Source of the DNA: Phyllobates terribilis
Lineage: Eukaryota
NCBI RefSeq assembly: GCF_046119375.1
Contig: NW_027362762.1
Location: 933,348,001 to 933,412,000 of the forward strand
Length of the DNA stretch: 64,000 bases
Direction of reading: 5' to 3'
Under the pieces are notes generated by a model. It was given only the letters and a program-made list of their open reading frames with translations. It had not been told where the DNA came from and did not search any database. Positions 60,182 through 64,000 of the stretch are shown here, piece after piece. A program made the position numbers and the translations under genes. Each line of letters opens with the position of its first letter. Positions within the stretch are counted from its first letter, which is position 1.

Positions 60182-61830
60182 CAGTTATATGAAAAAGTTT
60201 GGGCACCCCTATTAATCTTAAGCTTAATGTTTTATAAAAATTGGTGTTTTTGCAACAGCTATTTCAGTTTGATATATGCAATAACTGTTGGACACAGTAA
60301 TGTTTCTGCCTTGAAATGAGGTTTATTGTACTAACAGAAAATGTGCAGTCTGCATTCAAACAAAATTTGACAGGTGCATAAGTATGGGCACCTCACCAGA
60401 AAAGTGACATTAATATTTAGTAGATCCTCCTTTTGCAAAAATAACAGCCTCTAGTCGCTTCCTGTAGCTTTTAATGAGTTCCTGGATCCTGGATGAAGGT
60501 ATTTTTGACCATTCCTCTTTACAAAACAATTCCAGTTCAATTAAGTTTGATGGTCGCCGAGCATGGACAGCCCTCTTCAAATGATCCCACAGATGTTCAA
60601 TGATATTCAGGTCTGGGGACTGGGATGGCCATTCCAGAACATTGTAATTGTTCCTCTGCATGAATGCCTGAGTAGATTTGGAGCGGTGTTTTGGATCATT
60701 GTCTTGCTGAAAGATCCATCCCCTGCGTAACTTCAACTTTATCACTGATTCTTGAACATTATTGTCAAGAATCTGCTGATACTGAGTGAAATCCATGCGT
60801 CCCTCAACTTTAACAAGATTCCCGGTGCCGGCATTGACCACACAGCCCCAAAGCATGATGGAACCTCCACCAAATTTTACTGTGGGTAGCAAGTGTTTTT
60901 CTTGGAATGCTGTGTTTTTTTGCCGCCATGCATAACGCCTTTTTGTATGACCAAACAACTCAATCTTGGTTTCATCAGTCCACTTGACCTTCTTCCAAAA
61001 AGAAATTGGCTTCTCCAAATGTGCTTTTGCATACCTCAGCCGACTCTGTTTGTGGCGTGCTTGCAGAAACGGCTTCTTTCGCATCACTCTCCCATACAGC
61101 TTCTCCTTGTGCAAAGTGCGTTGTATAGTTGACCGATGCACAGTGACACCATCTGCATCAAGTTGATGCTGCAGCTCTCTGGAGGTGGTCTGAGGATTGT
61201 CCTTGACTGATATCACCATTCTTCTTCTCTGCCTTTCTGATGTTTTTCTTGGCCTGCCACTTCTGGCCTTAACAAGAACTGTCCCTGTGTTCTTCCATTT
61301 CCTTACTATGTTCCTCACAGTGGAAACTGACAGGTTAAATCTCTGAGACAGCTTTTTGTATCCTTCCCCTGAACAACTATGTTGAATAATCTTTGTTTTC
61401 AGATCATTTGACAGTTGTTTTGAGGAGCCCATGATGCCACTCTTCAGAGGAGATTCAAACAGGAGAACAACTTGCAAGTGGCCACTTTAAGTAGCTTTTC
61501 TCATGATTGCATACACCTGGCTATGAAGTTCAAAGCTCAATGAGGTTACAAAACCCAAAAAAGTGCTTTAGTAAGTCAGTAAAAAGTAGGTAGGAGTATT
61601 TAAAACAAGAAAATGATAAGGGTGCCCATACTTATGCACCTGTCAAATTTTGTTTGAATGCAGATTGCACATTTTCTGTTAGTACAATAAACCTCATTTC
61701 AAGGCAGAAACATTACTGTGTCCAACAGTTATTACATATATCAAACTGAAACAGCTGTTGCAAAAACACCAATTTTTATAAAACATTAAGCTTAAGATTA
61801 ATAGGGGTGCCCAAACTTTTTCATATAACT
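60182..61830 (-). mobile_element. Near full-length Tc1 (family A), copy 2
   Basis: TA|CAGTTATATGAAAAAGTTTGGGCAC at 60182. The right end reads ...CATATAACT|AAAG and lacks the terminal G and TA. Same IR/DR TIRs as copy 1. Confidence 0.93.
60410..61432 (-). CDS. Tc1 DD34E transposase, open 340-aa ORF
   Basis: About 16 aa differ from copy 1, including VLWTDE to VKWTDE next to the first catalytic D. Confidence 0.88.
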   Translation of the reverse strand: MGSSKQLSNDLKTKIIQHSCSGEGYKKLSQRFNLSVSTVRNIVRKWKNTGTVLVKARSGRPRKTSERQRRRMVISVKDNPQTTSRELQHQLDADGVTVHRSTIQRTLHKEKLYGRVMRKKPFLQARHKQSRLRYAKAHLEKPISFWKKVKWTDETKIELFGHTKRRYAWRQKNTAFQEKHLLPTVKFGGGSIMLWGCVVNAGTGNLVKVEGRMDFTQYQQILDNNVQESVIKLKLRRGWIFQQDNDPKHRSKSTQAFMQRNNYNVLEWPSQSPDLNIIEHLWDHLKRAVHARRPSNLIELELFCKEEWSKIPSSRIQELIKSYRKRLEAVIFAKGGSTKY

Positions 61831-63370
61831 AAAGTCCGAAAAACTTGACAGAATAAAGCAGCCATGCTTACCAATACCTGCAGGGGGCAGCAGACTGCAT
61901 GATAAAAGGTGTGCAAAATACTGATGAACAACACTCACACCTATCATCCACAATAGGTGTGAGGAAGGGGTTGCTTAGTATTAAATCTGCACATATACAA
62001 GTGCATCATGCAGTGGCCGTTCCCTGATGCTGCAGCTCAGGTCACATTCACTTCAATAGGAGCTAGGCTGCAGTACCTGATAACTGCCACTACACGGTGT
62101 ACGGAGCTGTGAACTTCCAGCATTATTGGGACCGGGACCATGGGATGTAAATCTCCCTTTAATATGATTTTGGGGTCTGTTCACACATCAGATTTTTTTT
62201 TTCTTTATAGGAGATGACATTTCATCCATGCGTAGAGACAAGTATGTAAAATGCTGACACTAAGTGACTTGTACATAATAAAATCCTTTTTGGACTGTAT
62301 GGTAGGTTCAGTTTTGCTGCTGGCGTTCCCTCCGGGCCGTGGAGACGGCCGCTCTCACCCCTCAGAATTGCTGAATGTGCTCTTCTGGAAATGTCTGTCC
62401 TTTTTCCTGTGAATGAGCTTCTTCTTGCATAACTCTCATTACCACTGAAAACACTGAGTAATGCAGGGGTTGGCACATTCGGCGGTGGCCTCCTTACTGC
62501 GCTGACTTCTGCACAATGAAGGGGGAAAGCTGCGCTTTATCTGGAGGCCTCTCGGATGAGTCAGGCTCTGCTCACACTTAGTGCTGAGACATCCATCAAG
62601 ATTGGCTAATGCAGTTTAATTTCAGCTACTCGTAAGATGAAACTGCTGATAGCTGATCTACAAAACATGCGGGAATTTATTAAGCCCCTTATTATATACA
62701 CCTATCTTAAAGGGGTTTCTGAGACCCAAGCAAAAATCTAAAAACTTCCATATTTCCTTTTAATATCCGTAAGCAGTTTAGCTTTGATAGTTTCTCTGCA
62801 GATACATGCACCTCTCACCTTTTTGTTAGTTTACATTCTGGTAATGAGCATTGCTTCACACTCTACATTTCCCATTCGCCTTCCCCTCCACCAGAACTTC
62901 TCCTCTGTATCATTGCCTTCTCCTTACCTCTGCACATTGAGCATCTGTAACTGCTTCAGATGGCGGTCGCAACATAGTCATTATCTCCACTGCTTGGTTG
63001 TCTGCCACTTTTATCCATCTTTTGAAAGTAAGACCCATCTTGGCGGTACGTTGCCCCTTTCATCCTCTGTATATACGGACTCATCCTGCAGTACATCACT
63101 TTTTTCAGCCCCTCTATATGCAGACCCATCCTGAAGTACTGCTCCACTCATCCCCCTCTCTATACAGTTACATCTTGCAATACATCACTCTTCTCAGCCC
63201 CTTTATATACAGATTCATCCTACCTCAGCTACTCTATATACAGCCCCATCCGTACATGACTCTTCCCAGCCCCTCTATATGCAGCAATCTCTCATCCTGC
63301 AATACATCTCTTCTCACCGCCTCTATATACCGCTCCATCCTGCGGTACATCGCTCTTCTAAGCCCCTCTA

Positions 63371-63618
63371 TTTATTATGCTTACATTATATAGCACTATC
63401 AGATTCCGCAGCACTTTACAGACATAAACATCACTGACCCCAATGGATCTCACAATCTAAATTCCCTATCAATAAGTCTTTGGATAGTGCAAGGAGAACC
63501 CAGAGGGAAACCCAAGCAAATACGCAGATATGTGCAAATATTGCAGATGTTGTTCTTGTTGGGATTTGAACCCAGGAAGCCAATGCTACAAAGCAGCAGT
63601 GCTAACCACTGAGCCACC
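63371..63618 (-). mobile_element. tRNA-derived SINE with L2-like tail (V-SINE-like)
   Basis: Minus strand: A box GGTGGCTCAGTGGTTAG, B box GGGTTCAAATCCC (63573-63561), central TGGGTTTCCCTCTGGGTTCTCC, and tail TAAAGTGCTGCGGAATCTGATAGTGCTATATAA. Confidence 0.75.
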
Positions 63619-63689
63619 TTGATGCCCAATTCTGTAGTGCATCACTCACCAGCACCTCTACACACACACATCCTACAGTACTGCTGCGC

Positions 63690-63895
63690 TAAGCCCCCTC
63701 CATATACAGCCCCATCCTGCTGTAAGCCCCCTCCATATACAGCCCCATCCTGCTGTAAGCCCCCTCCATATACAGCCCCATCCTGCTGTAAGCCCCCTCC
63801 ATATACAGCCCCATCCTTCTGTAAGCTCCCTATATATACAGCCCCCTCCATATACAGCCCCATCCTGCTGGAAGCCCCCTATATATATACAGCCA
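63690..63895. repeat. 33-bp tandem repeat
   Basis: AAGCCCCCTCCATATACAGCCCCATCCTGCTGT, about 4-6 copies. Related degenerate repeats lie at 63060-63365. Confidence 0.85.
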
Positions 63896-64000
63896 CAACC
63901 TGAAGCACATAGCTTCTCTCACATAGATGAATGAATCAGGAATGTGATCCCCACTTACTCTCTTGCTCTACACAGGACTCCTGATGGAGATAACCCCCAT

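Noticed and set aside
62900-63035. Minus-strand GCCAAGATGG...CAGAG|GTAAGG exon-like segment (MGLTFKRWIKVADNQAVE...)
   Set aside because: I recognise no homology and found no partner exons; motifs like these occur by chance in 64 kb.
63619-63903. ORF with repeated PPPY (WW-binding-like) motifs
   Set aside because: It is a by-product of a 33-bp tandem repeat, with no exon context.
51930-64000. ITSN1 coding exon
   Set aside because: No MAQFPT-like start or EH-domain exon was found; ITSN1 is inferred from synteny only.

Overview
Vertebrate genomic DNA, very likely a frog (inferred from the TE families and the gene sequences). Two host genes are recognisable, both on the minus strand. The first coding exon of DONSON runs from the ATG at 323 off the left edge. 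A complete 12-coding-exon CRYZL1 spans 47366 to 23205 (1047 nt including stop, 348 aa, all splice phases consistent) and contains a minor-spliceosome AT-AC intron at 24808-25456. A CpG-rich promoter at about 51.05-51.9 kb is probably the shared CRYZL1/ITSN1 promoter; this rests on synteny only, since no ITSN1 coding exon is visible. Most of the remaining sequence is transposon-derived. It includes (i) deeply nested stacks between DONSON and CRYZL1 (Tc1 > Harbinger-like MITE > L1 > Tc1; two opposed SCAN-gag Gmr1-like LTR elements with further inserts), (ii) a very young full-length Ty3/Gypsy (29872-37762; 997-bp LTRs, CATG TSD, tRNA-Ser PBS) sitting in a G-rich minisatellite in a CRYZL1 intron, (iii) two inverted Tc1 copies with open transposase ORFs, and (iv) MITEs, a SINE and tandem repeats. 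The best new observations are a 26-bp micro-inversion that creates a stop in the Gypsy RT and reverts to a consensus-like reading frame when flipped, a possible dead dUTPase-like fold between Gypsy protease and RT, and a duplicated U12 5' splice-site motif at the start of the exon after the AT-AC intron. I found no evidence for a wholly new multi-gene system. All family assignments were made by eye, without database searches.
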